A DNA stretch of 63,641 nucleotides, counting the filler, from Octopus bimaculoides (Eukaryota), in assembly GCF_001194135.2 (NCBI RefSeq). It is 6 parts of 5 records of this genome, joined end to end, with 100 filler letters (N's around TTAATTAATTAA, not from the genome) between each part and the next. Parts side by side here need not be neighbours in the genome. Positions count along the whole stretch, not along the records: positions 32,777 to 41,740 come from NC_068993.1; positions 41,841 to 57,289 come from NC_068981.1; 4 more parts are not named here. One strand, given 5' to 3'. Under the pieces are notes generated by a model. That model was not told the origin of the DNA, searched no databases, and saw only the letters and a program-made list of their open reading frames with translations. Shown here piece by piece: positions 37,421 to 51,224 of this stretch (positions are counted from its first letter, which is position 1; every line of letters starts with the position of its first letter). A program made the position numbers and the translations under genes.

Positions 37421-38819
37421 GTGTTTAATACCTAAAGGGCTATAATACACACACACATTATGGAGTATTGTTCTGTTATGCATAAGATTTACTTCTATCA
37501 TTAACATCTTTGACCAGGTTAAAAAAAATACTGAGCAGTTTGATAAATAAGCCTTTCATTGCGTTGCCCCAGCGTCCAACCGCATCTTTAATATGTCTTC
37601 CTTCACTGAAATTATTACAAATTTTGTTGACATTTTCGACAACAACCTTTATTCATCCGTATCATTGATTTTAGTCACCCGAAAAGAAACTGTTAGAATC
37701 CGACCTCATAAGCTCTCTTCGTATTATTCCCATACCCCTAACATTACATACGAATCTTCATCTCACAATTAACTCGCCGTGTTTTTCTTGGATTTACTTC
37801 GAGCTTTCACATTTCTTTTTTATTATCATTTCTTTTTTTAGTTTGTGAGCAGGAAGCCAGATCAGTTTCACTTTACGTAATGTAAGGCCACTTCAAACTG
37901 AAGGTCAGACATCACGGGGATGGTGTTCAGGGATTGGATCACTACATTACAGAGTGAAACCTGTAAGGGATCACCATTCAGAAGTATTTAGTATCGCGTA
38001 TTCGGTACGTGATGGGTGTTTCCTCTTATTACGTCACTGAAGGAATATGAAGTGGTAACAGGAACACACGTTAACCAGGAGTTGGTGGTGAGCTTGAAAT
38101 TCGGCATCTGGAATCATATTCAGTGCCCCCAAATCGCTAGCCCGTCGAAGCCATGGGTTACATGAGGAGGACGGGTCAGGAATGGAGGTATGACTTTTTT
38201 CTTCCAAAAGATAAAGAAAATCCCGAAAACATCAGACTTGATCAAGCCACCAAACTACAATCGGCTATGTGTAATGATGGTGGTTAGGGAAGAATAGTAA
38301 GGCGTCACATACTAGATGCCACCAATCATCTGAGAGCCTTCTTCTCAAAGCAGAGGGAAAATGAAAGACAGCCCACACCGCTGTCCACTTCATAACAACG
38401 GCAACAATTATCACAACAGTAGTAAGTGGAGAGACCACCACAGTCCAAAGACGCCTCAAAATCAATACCGCAAGATTTAACAGAACAGCAGAGAGCTTGT
38501 TAACTAGCTACCTACCACTACCATCTATACCCACACCACTTCTCCAACACCTTCACCATCACCACCACCACCACCACCACTATAACATCAACAACTAAAT
38601 GTATAACCGCACCTACAACAAAAATGCACACACACCAACAGTGACCAAATTCAAGTGTCACTTTTTAATCACAATAAAGCACAAAGGTGATTAGGCATTC
38701 AATCCTAGAATCGCTGAATGGATTCCAAATGACATCAAAAGTTGTTTCTCTACTGGGACCTTAAAAAAAATTCCAGAAAATATGGGAATATTTTGGGACA
38801 AAATGATCAATAATTTCTT

Positions 38820-39848
38820 GGAGTAGCCTTTCAAAGCCCTCCTAGCAGAGGAGACAGGTTTACCAGTTCTTTCTAAAGATCGAAGTAAGCGACTGCACGG
38901 GTTTCATTTCCTCCAACCTTTTGAACGTATGCAAAGTAAGATGCATAAATGTATGTGGCCTAGCGTCAGCTTGGAAGCAAAGACATTTATTAACGATTTC
39001 ATATCTCTAAGCATACATGTGATAGCCATAAACGAGACCAATTTTTCCAGGACCCACTTAATTGTGACTATCTTTGAAGACTACGAGGTATACTCATTTT
39101 GTGACCGGCCCGGCCCGGGTTTCTGGGTGGTAATATTGTTTCGGATAGGTTTAGATTTCAAGGTACGAATAATATTCATGAACTCAGGCAATAAGTCGGT
39201 GGTGCTGGACTGGAGCAGCAATTAAGAGGTGGTTCTAACCTAAATGCTGTCTATGTCGAAGCAAGGTTGCCGGACTTCAGATCCGGCTATCAGCCGAGTC
39301 AATCGTGAGGATAGGCACGCTGCTTTTTTTTTTTTGAACGGGAAGGAAAGGCAGTTTTCCTCTATCTGGTGGCTTTGGCAAAAGAGGTAGTGTAGTGCAC
39401 AAGGTTGAAAGGGTCGAAGACAAATACTTTCCTCTTTGGTCAAGCCTTCATCCACATTTCTAAGTTCCACTCGAAATGGAAAGTGAAGGTGTAGAGGGAA
39501 GTTCTGCTCCCTTCCCCAGTATGTTTGTTGAAAGGCAGGAGAACGTGGTGAGGATGGCCCATGTGAATGGGCCTACTATGAGCATGCGCCTGTCGATTGG
39601 AAGAAATAGAGAGGAGAGAGATACTCGCCCGAGGTGCCTTCGGTGTTCGAGTTCTCCAGGATGTGTGGGGTTCCTTGGTTGACCCTGGTTGGAACTTGCC
39701 GCTTTTTGAAGAAATTCATTGTTCGAACTTTTATTGTTAATTGTCATTGTTTTTTATTCTTTATATGCACTATCTGTAAATTCCCACTATCCTTACCGTT
39801 GTATCATCCCTTATTTTTGTGTGCGGCCCTTGTGGTCAATAAAGAAAG
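38820..39848 (+). mobile_element. Tx1/L1-clade LINE with large internal deletion (endonuclease start fused to ORF2 C-terminus + 3' UTR)
   Basis: KVRCINVCGL / HVIAINETN..VILFRIGLDFKVRIIF..VVLD (AP endonuclease), then LVALAKEVV.CTRLKG..GQAFI..RMAHVNGPT (C-terminus), a T-rich 3' UTR, AATAAA and an (ATT)n tail. No RT motifs lie between. Confidence 0.8.
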
Positions 39849-39849
39849 G

Positions 39850-40108
<259 letters not shown>

Positions 40109-40318
40109 GCACACCAGAATCGTTAGCACACAAGGCAAAGTGCTTAACTGCATTTCGTCCGTCCTTAGGTTCTGAGTTCAAATTCCGCCGAAGTCGACTT
40201 TGCCTTTCATCTTTTTAGGGTCGATGAAATAAGTACCAGGTATATACTGGGGTCAATGCAATCAGATTACTCCCCCAGCAAAATTTCAGGCCTAGTGCCT
40301 ATAGTAGAAAGATTATAA
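40109..40318 (+). mobile_element. SINE family A
   Basis: Head, B-box, core and the aaatttcaggcctagtgcctatagtagaaagatt tail are all present. Confidence 0.92.
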
Positions 40319-40319
40319 T

Positions 40320-41740
<1,421 letters not shown>

Positions 41741-41840
41741 NNNNNNNNNNNNNNNNNNNNNNNNNNNNNNNNNNNNNNNNNNNNTTAATTAATTAANNNN
41801 NNNNNNNNNNNNNNNNNNNNNNNNNNNNNNNNNNNNNNNN

Positions 41841-41887
<47 letters not shown>

Positions 41888-41896
41888 CCTACCTAC

Positions 41897-41955
<59 letters not shown>

Positions 41956-41995
41956 CCTATCTATTTATCTATCTCTTTCTCTCTCTCTGTATATA
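41841..41995. repeat. (TCTA)n microsatellite
   Basis: Direct inspection of the sequence. Confidence 0.95.
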
Positions 41996-42183
41996 TATAT
42001 TATCATTGCTATTATTGGTGAGGTTGCGAATGGCGACAAAAGGACTTTGACAAACCTAGCTGTTTGATTTCCTGTCCACACGATTAATCAAACAATTGAT
42101 TAACTGGTCAACTAATTGACTAATAAAAAATATATAGAATGAAACAAAATCGGAGCATCTGTTTATTCTTAGTATAATGACTC

Positions 42184-42400
42184 AAGGCAGTGAGCAGGCA
42201 GAGTCGCTAGCACGCCGGGCAAAATGCTTAGCGGCGTTTCGTTTGTCTTCGTGTTCTGAGCTCAAATTCCGCCACGGTCGCCTTTGCCTTTCATCCACTC
42301 GGAGCCAATAAAATAAGTACCAGTTTAGGTCGGGGTCGATGTAATTGATCTGTCTCCTTTCTCGAAATTGCTAGTCTTGTGCCAAAATTTGAAATCATTA
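42184..42400 (+). mobile_element. SINE family A
   Basis: aggcagtgagcaggcagagtcgctagcacgccgggc head through the gtgccaaaatttgaaatc tail. Confidence 0.9.
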
Positions 42401-43029
42401 TTGGTATTATTTCACAGGATGCAACATAGTATCTTCAAGACACGAGTTCATATCAAGAATCTTGCAATGCAAACACGAAATATTTTGAATGATTAGTAGC
42501 AAAGCTATTGATTCAGTATCAAATAGTTTTTGGCCACATTAGAATACTCTGTTCTTTTCCTGAGCTGAATTTATTGTTTATTATATATCATACTGATTTC
42601 ATTTATTAGACTGCGCCACACAGGGGCACCATATTTTTGGCAAATATATCGATCCAAGTCCTGTACTTGTTCTTAATTTACTGATGTGGTTGGGGAGGAA
42701 GGCAATATTAAAGATAGTAAGCAGTGCAGAACTAAATACGTTAATGTATATGTTTGTCTCACATTACTAAGTCTACTAGATTCTGCCGGCAAACGCACAC
42801 ACATACACGCATGCACAAACACACATGTATACATAAATATATATACATAAAATATATACACACATACATACATCGACAGGATTCCATACAGTTTCCTGTC
42901 ATTTACATTCTATTTAGAAACATTTGAGAGAACCAGAGCATATGGTATAAGACAGTTGGTCAAGCGAAATTAAAGCCTCATCAACATGATTAACTCTTAT
43001 TACCACACACACACACACATACACCCCCA

Positions 43030-43069
<40 letters not shown>

Positions 43070-43074
43070 GAGGT

Positions 43075-43310
43075 TCGGCTGACTTACGTGGCATTGAAAT
43101 GACCTTTTCAGGACATAAGACTCCAAGTAAAGATCTCCAAGTAAAGACGATATTTACGGACCCGGAGGGTAGACTGGTTGTCCTAGATGTGGACGGCAGC
43201 GATGGAGGCGCTTTTCGGTTGCTGGCAGTTTATGTGCCTCCTTTAACAGGTCGGTCGGACTTCTTTCGACGTCTAGAAGTATTCCTGGGAACGTCTCGTC
43301 CCTTACGATG
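43075..43310 (+). pseudogene. Tx1/L1-type AP-endonuclease fragment
   Basis: DLQVKTIFTDPEGRLVVLDVDGSDGGAFRLLAVYVP..DFFRRLEVFLGTSR; homologous to 39130-39280. Confidence 0.85.
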
Positions 43311-43399
43311 GTTTATAGAAATTATGGGTTGTCTTGTTGCTAGAATTCGAACTTCAGACTCACTGGTATGATCCAAAAGAGTATAGAGACAATATTTGG

Positions 43400-43635
43400 G
43401 GCGGCGAGCTGGCAGAATCGTTAGCACGCCGGGGGAAATGCTGAACGGTATTTCGTCTGCCGTTACGTTCTGAGTTCAGATTCCGCCGGGGTCGACTTTG
43501 CCTTTCATCATTTCGGGTCAATTAAATAAATAAGTACCAGTTATGCACTGGTGTCAATGTAATCGACTTAATCCCTTTGTCTGTCCTTGTTTGTCCCCTC
43601 TATATTTAGCTCCCTGTGGGCAATAAAGAAATAAA
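43400..43635 (+). mobile_element. SINE family A, long-tail variant
   Basis: Family A head and core plus the tail aatccctttgtctgtccttgtttgtcccctctatatttagctccctgtgggcaataaagaaataaa. Confidence 0.93.
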
Positions 43636-43958
43636 TATTTGGTGCTAATTTGGTTGTTAAAGTTATCGAAGCAGTGTCGAATCGAGCAACAGATCGCTTG
43701 CTGTGAAGGTTCTACTTCGTATGTATGTTATGTTTTTTCTTCTTAGCCCTTGTCCAACCATAGCTGGTGATCCGTGACTCAGGTCAGGAGCCCATATCAG
43801 AAGCCGTCAGCCTGTGCGAGCTGAACGCAAGACACGTGTTAGGCAGGAGGAGCGCTCCCTGAAGTAACGACTGACCTTACTATCCAATACATCTATAACA
43901 TTAAGAATTTGAAATAGCATGAGGCATAGCGTTCGACGCTTTACTGTCAGAACTAACT

Positions 43959-43963
<5 letters not shown>

Positions 43964-44025
<62 letters not shown>

Positions 44026-44037
44026 AATATTATTATT

Positions 44038-44090
<53 letters not shown>

Positions 44091-44120
44091 TAATAATAAT
44101 AATGAAAATAATAATAATAA
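43964..44120. repeat. (CTA)n then (TAA)n arrays
   Basis: Direct inspection of the sequence. Confidence 0.95.
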
Positions 44121-44123
44121 TTT

Positions 44124-44405
44124 CTGCTATAGGCATAAAGACTGAAATTTGAGGAGAGGTGACTAGTCGATTACATCGACCTTAGTGTTTCGCTGGTGCC
44201 TAATTTATCGACCCCGAGATGATGAAAAGCAAAGTCTACCTCGGCGGAATTTGAACTCAGAGNNNNNNNNNNGATTACATCGACCTTAGTGTTTCGCTGG
44301 TGCCTAATTTATCGACCCCGAGATGATGAAAAGCAAAGTCTACCTCGGCGGAATTTGAACTCAGAGCGTAGCGACGGGCGAAATGCCGCTAAGCATTTTG
44401 TCAAG
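44124..44405 (-). mobile_element. SINE family A (its middle ~90 bp duplicated across a 10-N gap)
   Basis: Family A core. Identical sequence occurs on both sides of the N run. Confidence 0.88.
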
Positions 44406-44443
44406 CAAGTGCTTATGTGTGATGAAGTTTGTTTCGTGTTTAT

Positions 44444-44568
44444 GTTTCGCTACCCAAGAATAGGAACGTTCGTGCAGCCGGATTCCCATACACTTTGTAT
44501 CGACTGAATTCGATACAAAATGTATAGAAATCTGGCTGCATGATCGTTCCTATTCTTGGGTGGCAAAC
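44444..44568. repeat. Near-perfect ~60-bp-arm inverted repeat with a 6-nt loop
   Basis: The left arm 44444-44503 is the reverse complement of 44510-44568, with 7 substitutions and 1 indel. Confidence 0.95.
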
Positions 44569-46964
44569 TTAATCCGTCAGGCTATTTAACATCACCAGCT
44601 GGTTTTTGGGTGATTGGAGCGTCTGGTCTAAGTCTACAATTGGAGGATAACAATCTTCTCCCAATCTCGGAGGCAGTGGAAATATCATAGATATTGCTTT
44701 TACTCGTGACAGTAGACATTAATAAAGTAATAGCATTACATTTGACAATGAAAAAGATAAGCTCATTATCTGTTTTTCTTTTATTTATTATATTTTGCAG
44801 GGATTTAATAAATTTAATTGCATCTTATAACTTACATTGGGGTTAAGTTATCAACTAACGTTCCCAGAGAAAAAAAGATGTAACCTCGATCGTAGCGGGC
44901 TCTGAAAAAGAAAATATGGAGAGGAAACTGAATACTCTGATCCCTTGTATTCGGTTCTCTATTGTACTAGCGACTGGGTTGCCTAAATAATTAATAACAT
45001 TATAACATGTTTTTGTTATCAACGATATAATAACGTTAAGGATAGCATCAGCAATAACCACAGTCTCAATGTCATCCACACCTACAACCACTGACTCAGT
45101 GATTTCCACAACGAAAGTAACAGCAATAACACGCATAAAGCTAGGAAAAAATAACAGTAGCAATAACACCGACGACGCCGACAACGGCGGCGACAATAAG
45201 GGTGATGACAGGGACAATAAGTATATGAGATTAGCACAATCATATCATTAAAACAGCAGACTTGGTGTCTGTGTGTCTACACAAGGACCGGATATTCCGT
45301 ATGATTTACTTCTCACTCAAGGATGCGTTAACGGTAGCTCGACTTCCACAAAAAGAGCAAAAAAAAAAAAAAGATGAAAAAACGACGCCATTTTTTATTT
45401 CATTTTATAGAATAATTACATGGGAAAAGTATAATAATCAGTCAAAATAAACAACTGACATAACAACATGAATTACGACAACAAACAGTTGCAGATATTC
45501 AGTATTGTTTCAATGCAAATTGCATCAAATCAATTTGCATCGAAAGTTTGTGACGTTTGAAAAAAAAATGCTTCTTTAATTTGTCACTTTCCGTAGTAAC
45601 AAAACAGGGATTAAATGTAACTTCCGGTGCAAAAACTGAAGTGTCCCATACATCAATGGCTAACAAGAAAACAGCTGACAATGGGTTTGGCACTACCAAA
45701 GTCTAACTGTTTCTTTCAAATGTTGAATCTATTCTGAATATAACTTTCAATGTTTCTTTGTATCCTTGATGCTTCAGTCTGTTGATGCTGCGTGTTGTAC
45801 CTTTTTCTAAACAATATCTCTTTGCTACATCCACATCCCATTCACATCTTTGCTTCGTCTCTATCTTTCTCGTTCAATCTTTAATTATTGATTTCAGATA
45901 AATTAAAAGAATTCATCTGCTTTCCTTTTCCTAAATTTGACATTTTTTCAAAGTTACTGCTCAGTGTATGTCAAGCAGCTAAAAAAGTCTTTTTTATATC
46001 ATTTTTTATCTTTTCATTACTTGGTATTTTTTCTCCAGCGTCGCCTCTTCCGCCACAATCACACCGTCTCTATCTCTACTTCCACAATATTCACCACTAT
46101 CCCTACCACAAACAACATTCTAATTCAAAACGTCGGCCAATGCGTAGCAGCTGTTTTCTTCTCGACACATAGGAATTAATTTCACCGGAGAGAACAAATC
46201 AATCCTTCTCTCGGCATTTTGAATCTATTTCTATATGTCAGTGCTGGCTCTTTCCGGAGTTGACTGAAAAATAAACAATAAATTGTTAATTTTTTCTTAG
46301 AACTGCGTTCTATTCTTCAACATAATGTATGTCATAAGTATGGTCTCAATTTTATATATTGATTTCTCTCATATTGCGCAAGGTTTTAGATTTACTGGTG
46401 AACGTAAATAAACTGAGTGTAAGTCACTTAGTTGCAATAGGGAATAAGATATACACCATGAAATGGTCTTACTGATAGTTTAGCTACATTTTTATTTATT
46501 AATGCAAAAGGATACGATAATAAAAGTGTCGACTAGGTGGTGCAATAGAGCAGAACTACCAGTCAAAGGAACTAGTTTGTTTACTGTTTACTATTACAGG
46601 TGCTGAGTTATATCTGTGCAACGACGGCGAAGTATTCGCCAGCTTCCTTCTGACATAATGGATTTATGTTTAGAATGCTATGTAACATAACTTATTAACC
46701 CTTTGTCTGTCCTCTATATCGCATGTGATACACAAGACATTTCCCTGGCGTCCTTAAATCATATATGATACAAATTCCTAATTTCTTTTCAGCTCTCAGA
46801 GTGACTTTAGATTTACGAAAGGAAAACTTTATATTACTCACAACGTATGAAAGAAGGGATAACAGGGATCTTAGTTATAGCATAGACGTTTAGAACAAAC
46901 GTAGGAAAATGCTTTGGACTTGCAAGGAGTTAAAAAAAGTAACAATAAATCAATCAATCAAACA

Positions 46965-46965
<1 letters not shown>

Positions 46966-47037
<72 letters not shown>

Positions 47038-47038
47038 C
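46966..47038. repeat. (TCTA)n microsatellite
   Basis: Direct inspection of the sequence. Confidence 0.95.
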
Positions 47039-47094
47039 ATACGTTCACACACACAGACACACACAAATATATATATTATATGATGGACTCTCCC

Positions 47095-47300
47095 GTCAAA
47101 GACGACGTATGAGTGTTCAGCTTTTGTCGAACGGCCTGCACAAATGACTTGTTCATAACGATCGAATGTATGTACCGTACGTATTAGCTCACTCCTTCCA
47201 CCCGTCTTCAGACAACATTTGCATATAACTTGTAGCACAGAGAAGAGGCATACGACAGCAAGTATATTTCTGAATGAATTGCTTTAAGGTGTTTTGCCTA
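47095..47300 (-). mobile_element. Family D repeat, diverged copy
   Basis: ggcctgcacaaatgacttgttcataacgatcgaatg..attagctcactccttcca aligns with ~18545-18610. Confidence 0.55.
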
Positions 47301-47439
47301 ATTTCTTAATATTCAACGTTGAAATCTCACCGGCGTCATTTTTGCCTTTGATGCTGAAGTCAATAAAAATGGAGAACCAATTCTATAGTCGTTCTAAAAT
47401 ATAACTTTCTATTTAGAAAACATTGGTCTGGTGCCAAGA

Positions 47440-47562
47440 GAGTGGGAGAAAGAAAGAGAGGGAGAGAGAGGGGAAGAGAGCGAGGGGAAGAGAGAGAGAG
47501 AGAGAGANNNNNNNNNNNNNNNNNNNNNAGAGGGAGAGAGAGAGAGGGGGGGAGAGAGAGAG

Positions 47563-47603
<41 letters not shown>
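47440..47603. repeat. (GA)n-rich repeat
   Basis: Direct inspection of the sequence. Confidence 0.95.
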
Positions 47604-47604
<1 letters not shown>

Positions 47605-47924
47605 AAAACGCTCGCTAATCAACATAAATTATCCCGTGGGATGGATTATTGTTAACGCTAAACTGAAGACGACAATGAGGAGACGTCACCAAAGCAATTA
47701 AAGTGAATACGAAACTAAAACATATTAAACAAGTCATCAACATTTTCGGTTCCACATGAGGGAAAATAATTATCCTTGCTTCGAACTTTAATTTAATGCA
47801 CATCTTGATCAAAGAAATACAGCAATAACGATTAAAAATAAACCATTATAGATGAATTTTGATATTTGAAACCTTAACCGTAAGATACCAATTTAAATAC
47901 GAAACAATCCATCTAATGTAGAGA

Positions 47925-48302
47925 GCATAACCAACCACTCAAATTATATTTGGTTCTGGGTTCAGTCCCACTGTGTGACACCTTGGGCAAGTGTCTTCTA
48001 CTATAACTTCGGGCCGACGAAAGCTTTGTGAGTGGATTTGGTAGATGGAAAACTGCGTGGAAGCCCATTATATATATATGCACGTAGTTATGCATTTTGC
48101 TTTGTAGCATCTAAACTTGTGAATTAATTTGTTAGCGGGCAGTTTAGCTTAATGGTAAAGCACTCGGCTGGAGTCATCGAGAGATGTGGCTTCGAGTCCC
48201 ACGAGTTTGTTGAAAACTATTTCAGCTTTGTAAGGGTAATTTACCCAACATTTCTGCTGTCCTAACGGCGTTTCTGCGTTCGAAAATAAATTGTTATTTG
48301 TA

Positions 48303-48361
<59 letters not shown>

Positions 48362-48530
48362 TATGTGTGTGTGTTTCATTGTGTTTGTCATCACCACCAC
48401 TTGACAACCGGTGTTGGTGTGTTTACGTACCTGTAACTAAGTGGTTGGGCAAAAGAGTTTGATAAAACAAGTACTAGGCTTAAAAAAATAAGTACATGGC
48501 TGCAGTCTAATCACTGAAATAGGTAAAAGA
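47925..48530 (+). mobile_element. SINE family B (head 47925-48075, tail 48375-48530) with a family E element and (CA)n in its middle
   Basis: Head and tail consensus blocks are separated by a tRNA-like insert. Confidence 0.8.
48137..48245 (+). mobile_element. Short tRNA-derived repeat (family E)
   Basis: GGGCAGTTTAGCTTAATGGTAAAGCAC A-box and GGCTTCGAGTCC B-box. The first 28 nt are 27/28 identical to the 20.7-kb copy. Confidence 0.7.
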
Positions 48531-48902
48531 TATTGAATCATAATTGCTATATATTATAGTCCCTGCAGAATGAAATGCAAAATTGATCGTAACGGAGATT
48601 TGAACTCAGTATTTTGAGATTGAAAGCCAATTACTATACTGAATTGGAAGCGATACTTTATTCTTCTTACCAACCCACTCCCATTTGGTTTTGCTTTTAA
48701 GAAGTAATAAATATGAATGTTACTTGTTAATCTCGTAAAATTATATTTTAAAGTATTAAAGCCACGCTAAATATATTGGAGAAGGGATGCTGCCATTCTA
48801 TGGAAGAGGTACATGAATTTGTTTAAGGTCCATTCTAACTGGATTGAGATTGCTTTAACAAAAGGGATAAGGTCTCAGCTTATTAAAGTAGTACGAAATC
48901 AT

Positions 48903-48980
48903 TGAGAGAGATAGAGAGAGAGAGAAAGAGGAGGTGGGGAGGAGAAAGAGAGAAAGAGGAGGTGGGGAGGAGAGAGAGAC

Positions 48981-49053
<73 letters not shown>

Positions 49054-49075
49054 GAGAGAGAGAGAAATAGACAGA
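48903..49075. repeat. (GA)n-rich repeat
   Basis: Direct inspection of the sequence. Confidence 0.95.
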
Positions 49076-49189
49076 GTGGAAGGGATCCGCATGAATGACA
49101 ATAGTTATGTTGTTAATAAATGTAACGCAAAAACCATTGCTAGTACCTTATATTTTCACTTTTACTTATATTAATAATTCTTTCCGCTA

Positions 49190-49710
49190 TAGACTCAAGA
49201 CACGATATTTTGAGGAAGGGATAGTAGTCGAGTACATCGAACACAGTTTTCGGATAGTACTTATTTTACCGACCCCAAAAGGATGATATGCAAATTTGAT
49301 CTCAGCAGAATTTGAGCTTAGAGCCTAAAGATCCGGAAGAAATGCTGCTAAGCATATTGTATTCAACGCGCTAATGACTGTGCCAGCTCGCCACCTTAAT
49401 ATATAATGTAATAAGCCTAATATTGTTTTGGGGGGACGAGGTAAATCGATTACATCGACCCCAGTGTGCAACTGGTACTTATTTTAACCTTTCTATTATA
49501 GATACAAAGCCTGAATTTGTTTTTTCTTGGTGGGGGGGGGGCAGTTGATTCGATCAATCCCAGTACGTAACTGGTATTTAATTTATCGACCCCGACAAGA
49601 TGACAGGCAAAGTCGACCTCGGCAAAATTTGAACTCAGAACATAAAGACAGACGAAATACAGCGAAGCATTTCGCTCGGCGTGCTAAACATTCAGCCAGC
49701 TCGGCGCTTT
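49190..49710 (-). mobile_element. Cluster of SINE family A copies (49190-49400, partial 49405-49485, 49490-49710)
   Basis: Repeated atcgaccccagt..ctggtactta and gaatttgaactcaga blocks. Confidence 0.88.
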
Positions 49711-50370
49711 AATATATAATATAATAATGAATTAATTGCTGCTCCATAACCTTGCATCTCATCTCACAAGGAATCGAACGCTTCTTCTACAGTGGTCTTT
49801 AATCTAGAAGTAAAAATTAATGCCTGGTGGGAGTTAATCCAAAGGGACGCACAAGCACACAAGAACAAACGTACAAACACACGCTAGTCATTAGAATTAC
49901 ATAATAATTAGAATCATTACCAGGTTTCTTTGGCCATATCTGGAACACATCTGGACAACATGGTGAAATGTTTTTCAATTACATATCGAAAAATAGGTTA
50001 AGGACAAACTTATTTTTTTGTTGGAATATAGTCTTTCAGCGTTCAGAAGTAAGTCATGATGTATTCAGCAAAATTTATCTGATTGTTTACATTAAATAAC
50101 TTGAATGGACAAGCGGATGCAAATATCTATGCGTTACACATACAACTGTGCACATTAGAGAATATTTTAACATAAATTTCTGTACATTTGTGGATTATAT
50201 ATTTACGTATCTAAAGTATACACTGATAAACATTTTTATATGCACACAAATATAAACGGACACCCTCCTACAAGAATATATATATATATATGTATCAATG
50301 TACGTACTGCCGTATGTCTGTATATGTGGAAGTGTGTCTTGGTGTAACTATATATGCAATGTATTCATAT

Positions 50371-50410
<40 letters not shown>

Positions 50411-50424
50411 AACACACACATACA

Positions 50425-50465
<41 letters not shown>

Positions 50466-51039
50466 TTATATATAACGAACTTATGCAATAAAATGAAAAA
50501 ATATAAGTAGTTAAAAAAGGAGTTTGAAAATGCAACGCAAGATGTATATGCTGTAAGAAAGGACATTAGAGTAATATATAAATATATGAATAAATAAATA
50601 AAACTAGTAGTACCTCTACTACTGCTGATAACAATAATAATGATAATAATAAAAGTAAAATAAACAATCAGCAGAAATCTGTAAAGTAAAAAATAAACTT
50701 ACATTTAAAAGTGGCAATGTGTAATGTAAACTAAACATAACAAAATCATTTGATAATACAGTATCATATTACATTGTTAGAATTGATTATTTTCATACGA
50801 AGGAGCAAAATGTGTGTATGTATATACATATATTTCCATGCATATATATATATATATATATAAGCGCGAAGATATATTTTTTAACTTGTGACAGAGAGCA
50901 ACTTGGCAACTTTTGCAAGTGGTTGTTAAAAAGTTGTAGCAATATGCTACTTAAAATTCGATGTTCTATTCCGGACGAAACTGCATATATTGATACGCAT
51001 ACTCACATATATGTACTATTGTTATTATTATTATTATTA

Positions 51040-51134
51040 TTGAGTGAGAGAGCAGTGCATGCCATCAAAGTGACACTGGGGTAAAATATACAAAGCCCAA
51101 TATACCCATCATGACTATCCGTCTGATAAGGGTA

Positions 51135-51136
<2 letters not shown>
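51040..51136. mobile_element. Unclassified ~95-bp element embedded between (ATT)n tracts
   Basis: Non-repetitive GC-richer insert (tgagtgagagagcagtgcatgccatc..gataagggtaca) flanked on both sides by (ATT)n. Confidence 0.45.
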
Positions 51137-51215
<79 letters not shown>

Positions 51216-51222
51216 CATTGTT
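51137..51222. repeat. (ATT)n microsatellite
   Basis: Direct inspection of the sequence. Confidence 0.97.
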
Positions 51223-51224
51223 AT

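Noticed and set aside
44170-44365. Exact ~90-bp duplication inside a SINE
   Set aside because: The copies sit on either side of a 10-N gap, consistent with unmerged overlapping contig ends.
44855-45251. 120-aa and 60-aa ORFs
   Set aside because: Derived from degenerate (CAA/GAC/ACA) low-complexity sequence.
48137-48210. Functional tRNA gene (also 20713-20788)
   Set aside because: Acceptor and anticodon stems do not pair properly, and homology between the copies extends past the tRNA. Called a tRNA-derived repeat instead.
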